Origin: Lachnospiraceae bacterium
GTDB lineage: Bacteria > Bacillota > Clostridia > Lachnospirales > Lachnospiraceae
Length of the DNA: 64,000 nucleotides
Direction: 5' to 3'
Assembly: GCA_015057555.1 (NCBI GenBank)
Contig: SVEC01000006.1
Location: forward strand, 52,277 to 116,276
Position numbers and translations under genes: made by a program. The notes beneath the pieces are model-generated. The model was not told the DNA's origin. It ran no database searches and was given only the letters and a program-made list of their open reading frames with translations. Below are positions 32,513 to 42,141 of this stretch, one piece after another (the first letter of the stretch is position 1; every line of letters starts with the position of its first letter).

Positions 32513-33358
32513 TTATTCTGGGAATTCTAAGCTAATATTCCCTAGCTTTCCACATCTAAAATCATCAAAAAGAATATTTGCTGCCTTGTTAATATCAGGT
32601 TCATTGCCCTTAACTATGCATTTTCTGGCTATAGCAATCTCTGACAAAATATCATAAGCAGAAAGCTCACTATTAATATTATACCTTTCAATTAAAACAT
32701 TACAATAATTATTTTTTAAAAATTCTATGAAATTATATGCCAGCTCGGTTTTTTCGATTATCTCATCATTGATAGAACCAATATATGCAAGCTTTTTACC
32801 TATCTCCTGGTCCTCAAATTTAGGCCATAATATACCAGGAGTATCGAGTAATTCAACATTTTTACTAATTCTAATCCATTGCTTTCCCTTAGTAACACCT
32901 GGTTTATTACCTACCTTAGCACAGGCTTTTTTTGCGTATGAATTAATAAATGTAGATTTTCCTACATTCGGTATACCAACTACCATAGCTCTAATGGGAC
33001 GATTTAATATACCCCTTTTACGGTCTCTTTCGATTTTTTCTTTACAAGCTTCCTGTACCATATCTGTAATGGTTTTCATACCTGTATTCTTCCTGGAATC
33101 TAAACAATAAACAAAATATCCCTTATCCTTATAATAGGACTCCCATTTTGCAGTTGTTTTATTATCAGCTAAATCTGATTTATTTAATAAAATCATTCTA
33201 TATTTATTCTTTGCCAGCTCATCAATATCAGGATTTTTACTGCTAAATGGCACTCTGGCATCAACCAATTCTATAACAATATCAATAAGCTTAATATTTT
33301 CCTGCATCATACGTTTAGCTTTGGTCATATGACCAGGATACCATTGAATATCTTTCAT
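32513..33358 (-). CDS. ylqF: ribosome biogenesis GTPase YlqF/RbgA
   Basis: IQWYPGHMTKA, DARVP, NKSD, GIPNVGKS, DTPGILWPK. Confidence 0.97.
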   Translation of the reverse strand: MKDIQWYPGHMTKAKRMMQENIKLIDIVIELVDARVPFSSKNPDIDELAKNKYRMILLNKSDLADNKTTAKWESYYKDKGYFVYCLDSRKNTGMKTITDMVQEACKEKIERDRKRGILNRPIRAMVVGIPNVGKSTFINSYAKKACAKVGNKPGVTKGKQWIRISKNVELLDTPGILWPKFEDQEIGKKLAYIGSINDEIIEKTELAYNFIEFLKNNYCNVLIERYNINSELSAYDILSEIAIARKCIVKGNEPDINKAANILFDDFRCGKLGNISLEFPE

Positions 33359-33360
33359 AT

Positions 33361-33966
33361 TTATTTTACCTTACCTTTTTTATCCTCTGCCTTGATAATA
33401 TAGCTAACCTTACCAAGAATCTCAACTTTCGAAATATTTCCAACATTTGTATATCTTGAATCTTCACTATTATTTACATTATCTCCAAGAACAAAATATT
33501 CACCATCACCAAGGGTTACACCCTCTGATGCCAAGCCTGAAGTAATTATTTTTTCAGAATAAGGTGAATTTTGAAGCTGTTTATCATCAATATAAATATA
33601 TCCATCCTTAATAGTTACTTTTTCACCAGGCATACCTATAACTCTCTTAATGTCATAATAACTATCATTTTCTATAAGAGAATATGCAACTACATCATAA
33701 CGCTCAACATCAGATATCTTATAGGTAAGCTTATTTACTATAACAACCTCTCCATCTTCTAAGGTTTTGTTCATAGATGGACCAACAACTGTTACAGTTT
33801 GAAAACCAAAGGTAATTATGGCATATCCAAATATTGCTCCAGAAAAAACAATAATAAACCACTGGAACAAATTATTAAGCATATGTTCTTTATTTTCTCT
33901 GTTATACTTTTTATCATTATTTAATAAATCTTCTGCGTCCTTATGTTTAATTATTCTATTACCCAT
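33361..33966 (-). CDS. lepB: signal peptidase I
   Basis: GPSMNKTL, IKRVIGMPG, GDNVNNSEDSR; start moved to 33966 (GTGGAG RBS) because ATG 34014 lies inside the rplS terminator. Confidence 0.9.
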   Translation of the reverse strand: MGNRIIKHKDAEDLLNNDKKYNRENKEHMLNNLFQWFIIVFSGAIFGYAIITFGFQTVTVVGPSMNKTLEDGEVVIVNKLTYKISDVERYDVVAYSLIENDSYYDIKRVIGMPGEKVTIKDGYIYIDDKQLQNSPYSEKIITSGLASEGVTLGDGEYFVLGDNVNNSEDSRYTNVGNISKVEILGKVSYIIKAEDKKGKVK

Positions 33967-33995
33967 ATAATACTCCACAATAAATATTATTAAAA

Positions 33996-34025
33996 ATGAC
34001 TGGAGAAAATCCATCCTCCAGTCAT
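33996..34025 (-). terminator. intrinsic terminator after rplS
   Basis: Minus strand ATGACTGGAG...CTCCAGTCAT followed by TTTT. Confidence 0.75.
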
Positions 34026-34042
34026 CTAATTAATCGTAACTA

Positions 34043-34387
34043 TTATTTGATAAGTTCCTTAACCTTAGCCTTCTTACCAACTCTCTGACGTAAGTAGTTA
34101 AGCTTAGCTCTTCTAACCTTACCTCTTCTAATAACCTCAATCTTCTCGATTGTTGGGCTATGAAGTGGCCAAGTCTTCTCAACACCTACACCATTAGAAG
34201 TCTTTCTAACTGTAAATGTCTCTCTGCTGCTTCCACCCTGCTTCTTGAGAACGGTACCCTCGAAAGCCTGGATTCTTTCCTTGTTACCCTCCTTAACCTT
34301 AGCGTATACCTTAATAGTATCACCAACGTTAAAGCTTGTTACTTCCTTAATCTGAGCTGCTTCAATGCTCTTAATAATATCGTTCAT
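34043..34387 (-). CDS. rplS: 50S ribosomal protein L19
   Basis: [38 protein letters not shown]. Confidence 0.99.
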   Translation of the reverse strand: MNDIIKSIEAAQIKEVTSFNVGDTIKVYAKVKEGNKERIQAFEGTVLKKQGGSSRETFTVRKTSNGVGVEKTWPLHSPTIEKIEVIRRGKVRRAKLNYLRQRVGKKAKVKELIK

Positions 34388-34409
34388 GTGTGACCTCCTA
34401 ATAATTTTT

Positions 34410-34446
34410 AGACGTTCTTATGTATAAATACACAGAGGACCATCCC
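34410..34446 (-). ncRNA. L19 leader (ribosomal protein autoregulatory hairpin)
   Basis: Minus strand GGGATGGTCCTCTGTGTA-TTTA-TACATAAGAACGTCT bulged hairpin between promoter and rplS RBS; resembles the Firmicutes L19 leader. Confidence 0.7.
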
Positions 34447-34462
34447 TTTTCACAACTTCACA

Positions 34463-34491
34463 AATATAACATAATCCTTTGATTAAATCAA
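34463..34491 (-). promoter_or_regulatory. sigmaA-type promoter for rplS
   Basis: TTGATT-N17-TATATT with TGn. Confidence 0.6.
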
Positions 34492-34498
34492 GTATTAT

Positions 34499-35278
34499 TT
34501 ATTTCTTTTTGTAAAAAAATGTTTTTAATGTCTCAAAGCCTAACTCTTTTGCCCTTAATATCTGCTCTGTACTACCAATAAATAATATGCCATTATCTCT
34601 AAGAGCATTATGAAAATTCATATAAACCTTATCCTTTGCTTCATCAGTAAAATAAATCACAACATTTCTACATACTATCATAGACATATTTGAAAAATAT
34701 TTATCTTCCAAAAGATTATGTTTCTTAAAAGTAACACACTTTTTTATCTTATCAGATATTGCATAGTTCTTATCATCAATCTTCTTAAAATGAGCATCTA
34801 GATACTCTTTTGGCAAATCAACTAAGCTTTTTGCTGAGTAAATACCAGCATCAGCAAATGCAAGAACATCATCATCAATGTCTGTTGCAGTTATTTTTAT
34901 CTTATCCAAAGAAAAATATTTGGACATAATCATTGCAATAGTATATGGTTCATCACCTGTGGAACAAGCTGCACTCCAGATAGAAATGTTTTCCCCATAA
35001 CTTTCCTTCAAATATGGAATAATTATTTTTTCAAAATGCTCCCATTGCATAGGATTTCTATAAAATTGGGAAACATTAATAGTTAAATAACCAACAAAGG
35101 TACGAAGCAAGACATCGTCCTGCTTCATACCTTGGAAAAAACTTTCAAATCCATCAAAGCCCTTGCGAGCAATAAGTGATTCTATTCTTCTCTTCATCTG
35201 GCGTTCCTTGTACAGGCTTAAATTAATGTTTGTAAGCTTATAAACATCTTTTTTAAATTCCTCGTACCCGTATGCCAT
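34499..35278 (-). CDS. cheR: chemotaxis protein-glutamate O-methyltransferase
   Basis: LTINVSQFYRN, IWSAACSTGDEPYTIAM, ATDID, CRNVVIYF, LFIGSTE. Confidence 0.95.
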   Translation of the reverse strand: MAYGYEEFKKDVYKLTNINLSLYKERQMKRRIESLIARKGFDGFESFFQGMKQDDVLLRTFVGYLTINVSQFYRNPMQWEHFEKIIIPYLKESYGENISIWSAACSTGDEPYTIAMIMSKYFSLDKIKITATDIDDDVLAFADAGIYSAKSLVDLPKEYLDAHFKKIDDKNYAISDKIKKCVTFKKHNLLEDKYFSNMSMIVCRNVVIYFTDEAKDKVYMNFHNALRDNGILFIGSTEQILRAKELGFETLKTFFYKKK

Positions 35279-35283
35279 AGATA

Positions 35284-37227
35284 TTACTCCTCTGTAGCTT
35301 CCTCAACAACTGGTGCTGGTAATAAAGCCTTTACACTAAGGCTAATCTTCTTATCCTCTTCCTTGAAATCTACAACCTTTGCTGTAACCTCATCACCAAT
35401 CTTGTAAACATCTTCTGGCTTAGCTACGTGCTCGTAAGAAATCTGTGATACATGAAGAAGTGCATCAACACCTGGCTCTAACTCTACAAAAGCACCAAAT
35501 GCAGTCATTCTAGCAATCTTACCAGTAACCTCAGTACCTACAGCATACTTCTCAGCAGCCTTAGCCCATGGGTTATTATCATCAAACTTTAAGCTTAAGG
35601 CAATCTTCTCACCGTTGATTTCCTTAATATATGTCTTAATTGTTTCTCCAACCTTAACAACTGACTTAGGATCATCAATTCTTCCCCATGACATCTCTGA
35701 GATATGAAGAAGACCATCAGCTCCTCCTAAATCAATAAAAGCACCAAAAGGAGTTACATTCTTAACTGTACCATCTACAACGTCACCAACGTTGATAGAA
35801 TCAAATAACTTCTTAGCAGCCTCTGCCTTTGTAGCTACAAGTAACTGCTTTCTATCACCGATTACTCTTCTCTTCTTAGGAGCAAACTCAGTTAATACAA
35901 ATTCAATCTCCTGATCCATATACTTGTCAAGATCCTTCTCAAATGTATCTGATACAAGGCTTGCTGGAATAAATACCTTACAATCCTCAACCATAACTCC
36001 GATACCACCCTTAACAACCTCAGTAACCTTTGCAGTAAGTACAGTCTGATTATCAAAAGCTTCCTGAAGCTTCTCATATGACTTCTCAGCAGCTACTCTC
36101 TTATATGAAAGAAGTACCTGTCCCTCACCATCATTTGTCTTAATTACCTTAACTGTGATAGGGTCACCTACATTTACAACAGTTGTAAGGTCTAAGTTTG
36201 GAGTATTTGAATACTCTGCTCTAGTAATAATACCATCAGCCTTATACTGAATATCTACATAGATAACATCTGGCTTAACACCGATAACCTTACCCTCAAT
36301 AACGCTACCTGGTCTAACAGCATTACCATTCTCCTCTGATTGATTTAATAATTCTTCAAAACTTAATTCTGCCATACTGTCTTGAACCTCCTTAATAATA
36401 TGATTTGGGGTAGATGCCCCAGCTGTAATACCTACCCTCTTAGCGGATTCAATAACAGTTAAATCCAAGTCAACGAGTGTCTGAATGTAGTAAGTATTTT
36501 TGCATTCTTTTTTGCTTATATTATAAAGCTTTTGAGTATTCGAACTATTCTTCCCACCAATTACTACCATGGTGTCAACATTTGCAGCTAATTCCTTAGC
36601 CTCTCTCTGTCTTTCTTCTGTGGCATTACAAATAGTTGAATAAACAAAGATATTATAATATTTTTTTGTAAATATTTCAACTAATTCTTTGAATTTTATG
36701 CTATTAAATGTTGTTTGGGCAACAATTACATATTCTCTTCTTGAATCTAACGAAATTTTTTCAGCTATTTCCGCATTATCTACTATAATAGGCTCATCCT
36801 TGGACCACCCCTTTATACCAATAACCTCTGGATGCTTTTCATCACCGATGATGATAATTCCTTTTCCTTTTTCACTTTCCTCTTTTACAATGTTGTGTAT
36901 TTTTTTTACAAAAGGACAGGTTGCATCAATTATCTCCACATCATAGCTTTCAATTTCATCATATACATGCTTTCCAACACCATGAGACCTAATAATAACC
37001 TTCTTTTGAATATCATTCTTTTTTAAATAATTATCTAAAGGTATATTTTCATCTATTACAATTACGCCCTTATTATTAAGGTCCTCAACAACCTCTTCAT
37101 TATGAATAATTGGACCATAGGTATATACAGCTACATCAGAATCACCTGAAACTTCTTTATATACAGTATCTACAGCTCTTTTTACACCAAAGCAAAAGCC
37201 AGCTGTTTTTGCTAATAATATTTCCAT
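35284..37227 (-). CDS. ispH: bifunctional IspH (HMBPP reductase)-ribosomal protein S1 fusion
   Basis: AGFCFGV, GPIIHN, DATCPFV, TICNAT, SSNT, GITAGASTP, then in-frame S1 repeats (FGAFIDLG..DGLLHISEMSW, FGAFVEL...DALLHVSQIS). Confidence 0.95.
   Translation of the reverse strand: MEILLAKTAGFCFGVKRAVDTVYKEVSGDSDVAVYTYGPIIHNEEVVEDLNNKGVIVIDENIPLDNYLKKNDIQKKVIIRSHGVGKHVYDEIESYDVEIIDATCPFVKKIHNIVKEESEKGKGIIIIGDEKHPEVIGIKGWSKDEPIIVDNAEIAEKISLDSRREYVIVAQTTFNSIKFKELVEIFTKKYYNIFVYSTICNATEERQREAKELAANVDTMVVIGGKNSSNTQKLYNISKKECKNTYYIQTLVDLDLTVIESAKRVGITAGASTPNHIIKEVQDSMAELSFEELLNQSEENGNAVRPGSVIEGKVIGVKPDVIYVDIQYKADGIITRAEYSNTPNLDLTTVVNVGDPITVKVIKTNDGEGQVLLSYKRVAAEKSYEKLQEAFDNQTVLTAKVTEVVKGGIGVMVEDCKVFIPASLVSDTFEKDLDKYMDQEIEFVLTEFAPKKRRVIGDRKQLLVATKAEAAKKLFDSINVGDVVDGTVKNVTPFGAFIDLGGADGLLHISEMSWGRIDDPKSVVKVGETIKTYIKEINGEKIALSLKFDDNNPWAKAAEKYAVGTEVTGKIARMTAFGAFVELEPGVDALLHVSQISYEHVAKPEDVYKIGDEVTAKVVDFKEEDKKISLSVKALLPAPVVEEATEE
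36652..36680 (-). promoter_or_regulatory. internal sigmaA-type promoter within the ispH part, pointing to the S1 part
   Basis: Minus strand TTGAAA-N17-TATAAT; AAGGAGG (36387-36393) and in-frame ATG (36375) lie downstream. Confidence 0.6.
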
Positions 37228-37242
37228 ATTAACCCCTTACTA

Positions 37243-37905
37243 TTATGATATTTTCTTTGCTGCGGTCATAATAGCTTCAACTACTTCATCTATACTCATA
37301 TTAGAACTATCAACCAATATTGCATCATCAGCCTGCTTTAAAGGTGCTATGTCTCTGTTCATATCTCTATTATCTCTCTCGATAATATCTGCCTCTATTT
37401 TGTCAAAATCAGCAGTCTCTCCCTTTGAAATAAGCTCTTTATAACGACGATTTGCACGCTCCTTAGAGGATGCAGTAAGATAAATTTTTACCTCAGCATC
37501 AGGTAATACATTTGTTCCTATATCTCGTCCATCCATAACAACATTGTATTCCTTAGCCATATTGCGTTGCAAATCAAGCAGAGCAGCTCTAACTGAAGCT
37601 TTCGCTGATGATTTAGATGCCATATTTCCAGTTTCCTCAGTTCTAAGATAAGGAGTTACATTTTCTCCATTTAGATAAACCTGCTGTGCTTCATTCTCAT
37701 ATTTTATTGATATATCAATACCTTCGCAGGCTTTTGTTAATTCTACTTCATTATCTATATCGATTTTATTTGTAACCATATAATAAGCTATTGCACGATA
37801 CATAGCTCCTGTATCTACATAAACATATCCCATATTTTTAGCTACTAATTTTGCTATAGTACTTTTTCCAGCTCCTGCTGGTCCATCAATTGCTATACTA
37901 GCCAT
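37243..37905 (-). CDS. cmk: cytidylate kinase
   Basis: IAIDGPAGAGKST, DTGAMYRA, MDGRDIGT; start 37905 after AAGGAG. Confidence 0.97.
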   Translation of the reverse strand: MASIAIDGPAGAGKSTIAKLVAKNMGYVYVDTGAMYRAIAYYMVTNKIDIDNEVELTKACEGIDISIKYENEAQQVYLNGENVTPYLRTEETGNMASKSSAKASVRAALLDLQRNMAKEYNVVMDGRDIGTNVLPDAEVKIYLTASSKERANRRYKELISKGETADFDKIEADIIERDNRDMNRDIAPLKQADDAILVDSSNMSIDEVVEAIMTAAKKIS

Positions 37906-37921
37906 ATTGTTCTCCTTTATA

Positions 37922-38713
37922 TTAAATAATAGTATCGTTATCTTCTGTAAGATTTGTATTTTCATTATTATCTATGTTTTCTATATCATTTATATTTTCT
38001 GTATTATCTAAATTTTCCGAACTATTCTTTCTCTTGAACGGAATAGTTGCAATTTTATCAACAACCTCCTTATCTGGAACTGGAATTACAGCTCTGTTTA
38101 ATCTAGTATCTACATCAACATAATTTTCATCATCAACCCACAGACCATACTCATCTAATATATATTCTTTTTCCGACGATATGTTATCATCGGAATTATT
38201 ATATTTATCTAATGTTATGTTATCATCCGCTATTATATAATTATCATTATAAATATATTCTTTTTTAAAAATCCTGACATAAATAATAATAAGTAATAAA
38301 AAAACAGAGGCCCCAAAAAATAAATATCCAATTATTCTAATATAATTTACCGGCTTTATAGCATCCTTATATGTTGCATAATATGAATATTCCTGAGGAT
38401 TAGATGGATTATAATATATTATAAATTTGCTTGAAACAGAAGAATCCTTATATGAATAAAAACAATAAGGATTACCATCTACTTCATACTCATATTTAGC
38501 ATCATATACAGTACTATAACTACCATCTTCATTTTCTATTGTGTATTTTCTTATTTGATATCCATAGACATCAACAGGCAGAAATTTTTCTTTATTATAG
38601 TGCAGTTCCTTTGCATCGGCCAATTTAGTCGAATACCAAATAGCAAATACTATTGTCATGCAAACGCAAATTACCAAAACAACTATTAATTCATCAAAAA
38701 GTTTTTTACTCAT
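37922..38713 (-). CDS. hypothetical two-TM membrane protein (DUF3592-like) with acidic tail
   Basis: TM-beta domain (YEYEVDG...IYYNPSNP)-TM; D/N/E-rich C-terminus; start 38713 after GGGGGAAG. Confidence 0.6.
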   Translation of the reverse strand: MSKKLFDELIVVLVICVCMTIVFAIWYSTKLADAKELHYNKEKFLPVDVYGYQIRKYTIENEDGSYSTVYDAKYEYEVDGNPYCFYSYKDSSVSSKFIIYYNPSNPQEYSYYATYKDAIKPVNYIRIIGYLFFGASVFLLLIIIYVRIFKKEYIYNDNYIIADDNITLDKYNNSDDNISSEKEYILDEYGLWVDDENYVDVDTRLNRAVIPVPDKEVVDKIATIPFKRKNSSENLDNTENINDIENIDNNENTNLTEDNDTII

Positions 38714-38748
38714 TAGTACTTCCCCCATAGAAAAATAATTACATTATT

Positions 38749-39972
38749 CTAGCAATTTACCCCCGCTAAATAACCTGTAGACCAGGCAATCTGAAGATTA
38801 AATCCACCTGTTAAAGCATCCAAATCCAAAACTTCACCAGCAAAATAAAGTCCACTTGTAAATTTGGACTCCATAGTGCCAGGATCAATCTCCTTAACTT
38901 TTATACCACCCTTTGTGATAATGGCCTCATCCCATCCACGAAGACCTGTGATTTCAAATGGAACATTTTTGATAGTAGATAATAATTTATGTCTTTCTTC
39001 CTTTGTTATCTCGTTTATCTTCTTATCTCCATCCAAACCACTCTTGTCAATTATAACGGGTATCAAACCTCTAAGCAACAATTTATCCAAACCATTTTTT
39101 AACTGTTTATTGATAAATAAATTGAAATCTTTGATGATTCTATCATCTAACTGTTTCTCATCAAGAGCTGGTTTTAAATCAAGTGATAATGTAAGCTTTT
39201 TTTCCAAATATTTATGAATATATGCACTTGCTTTTATAATTATGGGACCACTAACACCAAAATGCGTAAACAACATTTCACCAAAATCAGAATAAATTTT
39301 CTTTCCATCCGCGTAAATTGTAGCAGAAACGTTCTTTAAGGATATTCCCATTAATTCTTTACAGCAAGAATCTGATAATTCAAAAGGTACCAAAGAAGGC
39401 TTGGTCTCAATAATACTATGACCTGCTGCTTTTGCAAATTTATATCCATCTCCACATGCGCCTGTTCTTGGGTATGATATACCACCAGTTGCAACAATTA
39501 CACTATCAGAACAAATAGCTTCTCCACTTTTTATATTTACACCCTTACAGATGTTATTTTTTATTATCAAAGACGATACCTTGGTGTTTAATAAAATCTC
39601 AACACCATACTTTTTCATTTCTTTTTCTAATACCTTTATTACGTCAGAAGAATGATCTGATACAGGAAATACTCGATTTCCTCTTTCAATCTTATAAGGT
39701 AATCCAATTTCATTAAAGAAATCCATTACATTATCATTAGAAAATGAATAAAAAGAACTATATAAAAACTTAGGATTTGTGACTACACTTTGAAATAAAT
39801 CTTCTATGTCACAGGCATTAGTGAAATTACAACGTCCTTTTCCTGTAATAAATAATTTCTTACCTAACTTTTCATTCTGTTCAATTAATGTTACTTTCTT
39901 ACCGTTTCTAGCAGCAAATACAGCAGCCATCATACCGGCTGCTCCACCACCAATAATTACAACCTTATTCAT
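38749..39972 (-). CDS. HI0933/BaiN/YhiN-family flavoprotein oxidoreductase
   Basis: GGGAAGM, LGKKLFITGKGRCNFTN, GEMLFTHFGVSGP, TGGFNLQIAWSTG. Confidence 0.93.
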   Translation of the reverse strand: MNKVVIIGGGAAGMMAAVFAARNGKKVTLIEQNEKLGKKLFITGKGRCNFTNACDIEDLFQSVVTNPKFLYSSFYSFSNDNVMDFFNEIGLPYKIERGNRVFPVSDHSSDVIKVLEKEMKKYGVEILLNTKVSSLIIKNNICKGVNIKSGEAICSDSVIVATGGISYPRTGACGDGYKFAKAAGHSIIETKPSLVPFELSDSCCKELMGISLKNVSATIYADGKKIYSDFGEMLFTHFGVSGPIIIKASAYIHKYLEKKLTLSLDLKPALDEKQLDDRIIKDFNLFINKQLKNGLDKLLLRGLIPVIIDKSGLDGDKKINEITKEERHKLLSTIKNVPFEITGLRGWDEAIITKGGIKVKEIDPGTMESKFTSGLYFAGEVLDLDALTGGFNLQIAWSTGYLAGVNC

Positions 39973-40616
39973 TACATCAGCCTCTTCATATCAACCTTTT
40001 TTACAGTTATTATAAGTGGACAGTCTGCCTTTAATGGCTCATCAGGATCCATTACAACATTTACATCATCATCTTCCTTAACAGCAATAACATTTATCTT
40101 ATAATCTCTTCTAAGATTCAACTCACGCAAGGTCTTTCCTATCCATTCTTTTTTAGGCATAAGTTCAATCAAGCTTACTGAATCTGATAATTCAAAAAAT
40201 TCCAGAAAATCTGCACACATAAGCTGTCTGGAAACACGCTTTCCGGATTCTCTCTCTGGGAAAACAACCTTATCTGCACCTATTTTATCATATATTCCAC
40301 CTGTTATATGATCCCTAGCCTTAGCAATAACTAAAGGTACTCCCATATCCTTTGCAGTAATAACACTCATAATACTTGGTTCAAGATAATCAGCCATAGC
40401 AACAATTACTGCATCCATATTTGAAATACCAGCATTACTAAGTGCGTCTGTATCACAAACATCAATATTTAAGGCGCAGGTCACATAATCAGACATTCGA
40501 TTAATCTTTTCCTCATCATTATCAATTACCATAACATCTGCTCCAAGTTTACTAAGCTCCATAGCTATACTTCTTCCAAATCTACCTAATCCTATAACAG
40601 CAAATGATTTTTTCAT
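39972..40616 (-). CDS. ktrA: Ktr/Trk K+ uptake RCK subunit
   Basis: VIGLGRFG, IGADKVVFPERESG, RCK_C domain. Confidence 0.92.
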   Translation of the reverse strand: MKKSFAVIGLGRFGRSIAMELSKLGADVMVIDNDEEKINRMSDYVTCALNIDVCDTDALSNAGISNMDAVIVAMADYLEPSIMSVITAKDMGVPLVIAKARDHITGGIYDKIGADKVVFPERESGKRVSRQLMCADFLEFFELSDSVSLIELMPKKEWIGKTLRELNLRRDYKINVIAVKEDDDVNVVMDPDEPLKADCPLIITVKKVDMKRLM

Positions 40617-40649
40617 ACAATTCTCCTTTACTATAAATACTAAAATACA

Positions 40650-42074
40650 TTATCCTACAATCAAATCCGCTTCAGCATAATGTATTGAATTTTTTATACT
40701 ATATCTGTTACTAAATGCTATAAACATTGATATTGGTCCAATTCTGCCAAGGTACATTGAAACAATAATTATTATTTGACCTATCACATTTAAGTCGGAT
40801 GTGATTCCCCTTGTGAGCCCTACTGTAGCAACAGCACTAGCCACCTCAAATATAGAATCCTCAAATGCGAAATCATTAGTAACCATCAACAGCACACTCA
40901 TAATAGCAAATACAATCAAGCTTATTAAAACAACTGCTAATGATTTTCTAATAAGCTCCTGATTTATACTTCTATTATATATAACGGCTTCTTTTCTTCC
41001 TTTTACAACAGCAATTACACTAAACAATAAAACTATAACCGTAACTGTTTTTACTCCACCTGCTGTACCAACCGGAGAACCACCTATGAGCATTAATATT
41101 ACACAAACTAAAACAGATGCACTTTCCATATCCCCTTGACTAAAGGACGCAAAGCCTGCGGTTCGCAATGTTACAGACTGGAACAAACTATTTAATATTT
41201 TATCACCAAAGCTCATATTAGAAATAGTTCCTTCGTTATTATATTCAAACAATAATATTAGTATTGCTCCAGTAAAAATCAAACCAAAGGTTACTGCAAG
41301 AACCAATCTGGTATGAATTTTCAACTTTGAAACAAAATCTTTCAGAGCAATTTTTCTCTGAATAACCAGTTTTGCAACATCCATAACATCCCACCAAACA
41401 ACAAATCCAATACCACCATTAAATATTAACATCATAGTAGTTATAAGGACTATAGGTGAATTTTGGAAAGGTATAAGACTATCTGGTGATATAATATCAA
41501 TACCTGCATTACAAAATGCAGAGATTGAATTAAATATTGAAAACCAAATTCCTTTACCAACTCCAAATCTAGGTATGAATTCAATCATATATAAAAGCGC
41601 ACCTATAGTTTCAACAACAAAGGTACCTATAATAATCTTTTTAATGAATTTAATTACTCCATGGAGGTTATTCAAATTATATGCATCCTGTATAACCATT
41701 CTTTCCTTTAAATTAACTTTTTTATTAAGCACAAGCATCACACCACAAATTATTGCAATAATACCCATACCACCTATTTGAATTAACAACAAAATAACTA
41801 CCTTACCAAACAGAGTCCAGTAGGAAAAAGTATCAACAACAACCAGTCCTGTAACACAAACAGATGTAGTTGCAGTAAATAATGCAACCAATATATTTGA
41901 TTCACCATTAACTGTTGATATTGGTAAGGATAACAAAATAGTACCTACAATAATAACTAACAAAAAGCCTATTACTATTTTCTTAGTAGTAGACATTCCC
42001 TTTTTGATAACTTCTTTTTTATTTTTTTCTCTTAAATTAGAATAATTCTCATCTTGAATTGATATTTTACTCAT
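40650..42074 (-). CDS. ktrB: Ktr/Trk K+ uptake membrane subunit
   Basis: TSVCVTGL, SAFCNAG, TLRTAGF, GGSPVGTAGGVK, ATVGL, GRIGP. Confidence 0.92.
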   Translation of the reverse strand: MSKISIQDENYSNLREKNKKEVIKKGMSTTKKIVIGFLLVIIVGTILLSLPISTVNGESNILVALFTATTSVCVTGLVVVDTFSYWTLFGKVVILLLIQIGGMGIIAIICGVMLVLNKKVNLKERMVIQDAYNLNNLHGVIKFIKKIIIGTFVVETIGALLYMIEFIPRFGVGKGIWFSIFNSISAFCNAGIDIISPDSLIPFQNSPIVLITTMMLIFNGGIGFVVWWDVMDVAKLVIQRKIALKDFVSKLKIHTRLVLAVTFGLIFTGAILILLFEYNNEGTISNMSFGDKILNSLFQSVTLRTAGFASFSQGDMESASVLVCVILMLIGGSPVGTAGGVKTVTVIVLLFSVIAVVKGRKEAVIYNRSINQELIRKSLAVVLISLIVFAIMSVLLMVTNDFAFEDSIFEVASAVATVGLTRGITSDLNVIGQIIIIVSMYLGRIGPISMFIAFSNRYSIKNSIHYAEADLIVG

Positions 42075-42094
42075 ATTTACTCCAAAATTTTATT

Positions 42095-42127
42095 AAGAGA
42101 CGGAATAGAATATCTACTCCGTCTCTT
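42095..42127 (-). terminator. stem-loop after oadA (weak U-tail)
   Basis: AAGAGACGGA.TAGA...TCTA.TCCGTCTCTT inverted repeat. Confidence 0.6.
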
Positions 42128-42141
42128 TATTAATTTAATTA

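Noticed and set aside
42075-42141. c-di-AMP riboswitch upstream of ktrB
   Set aside because: Spacer is only 67 nt and holds a single simple hairpin
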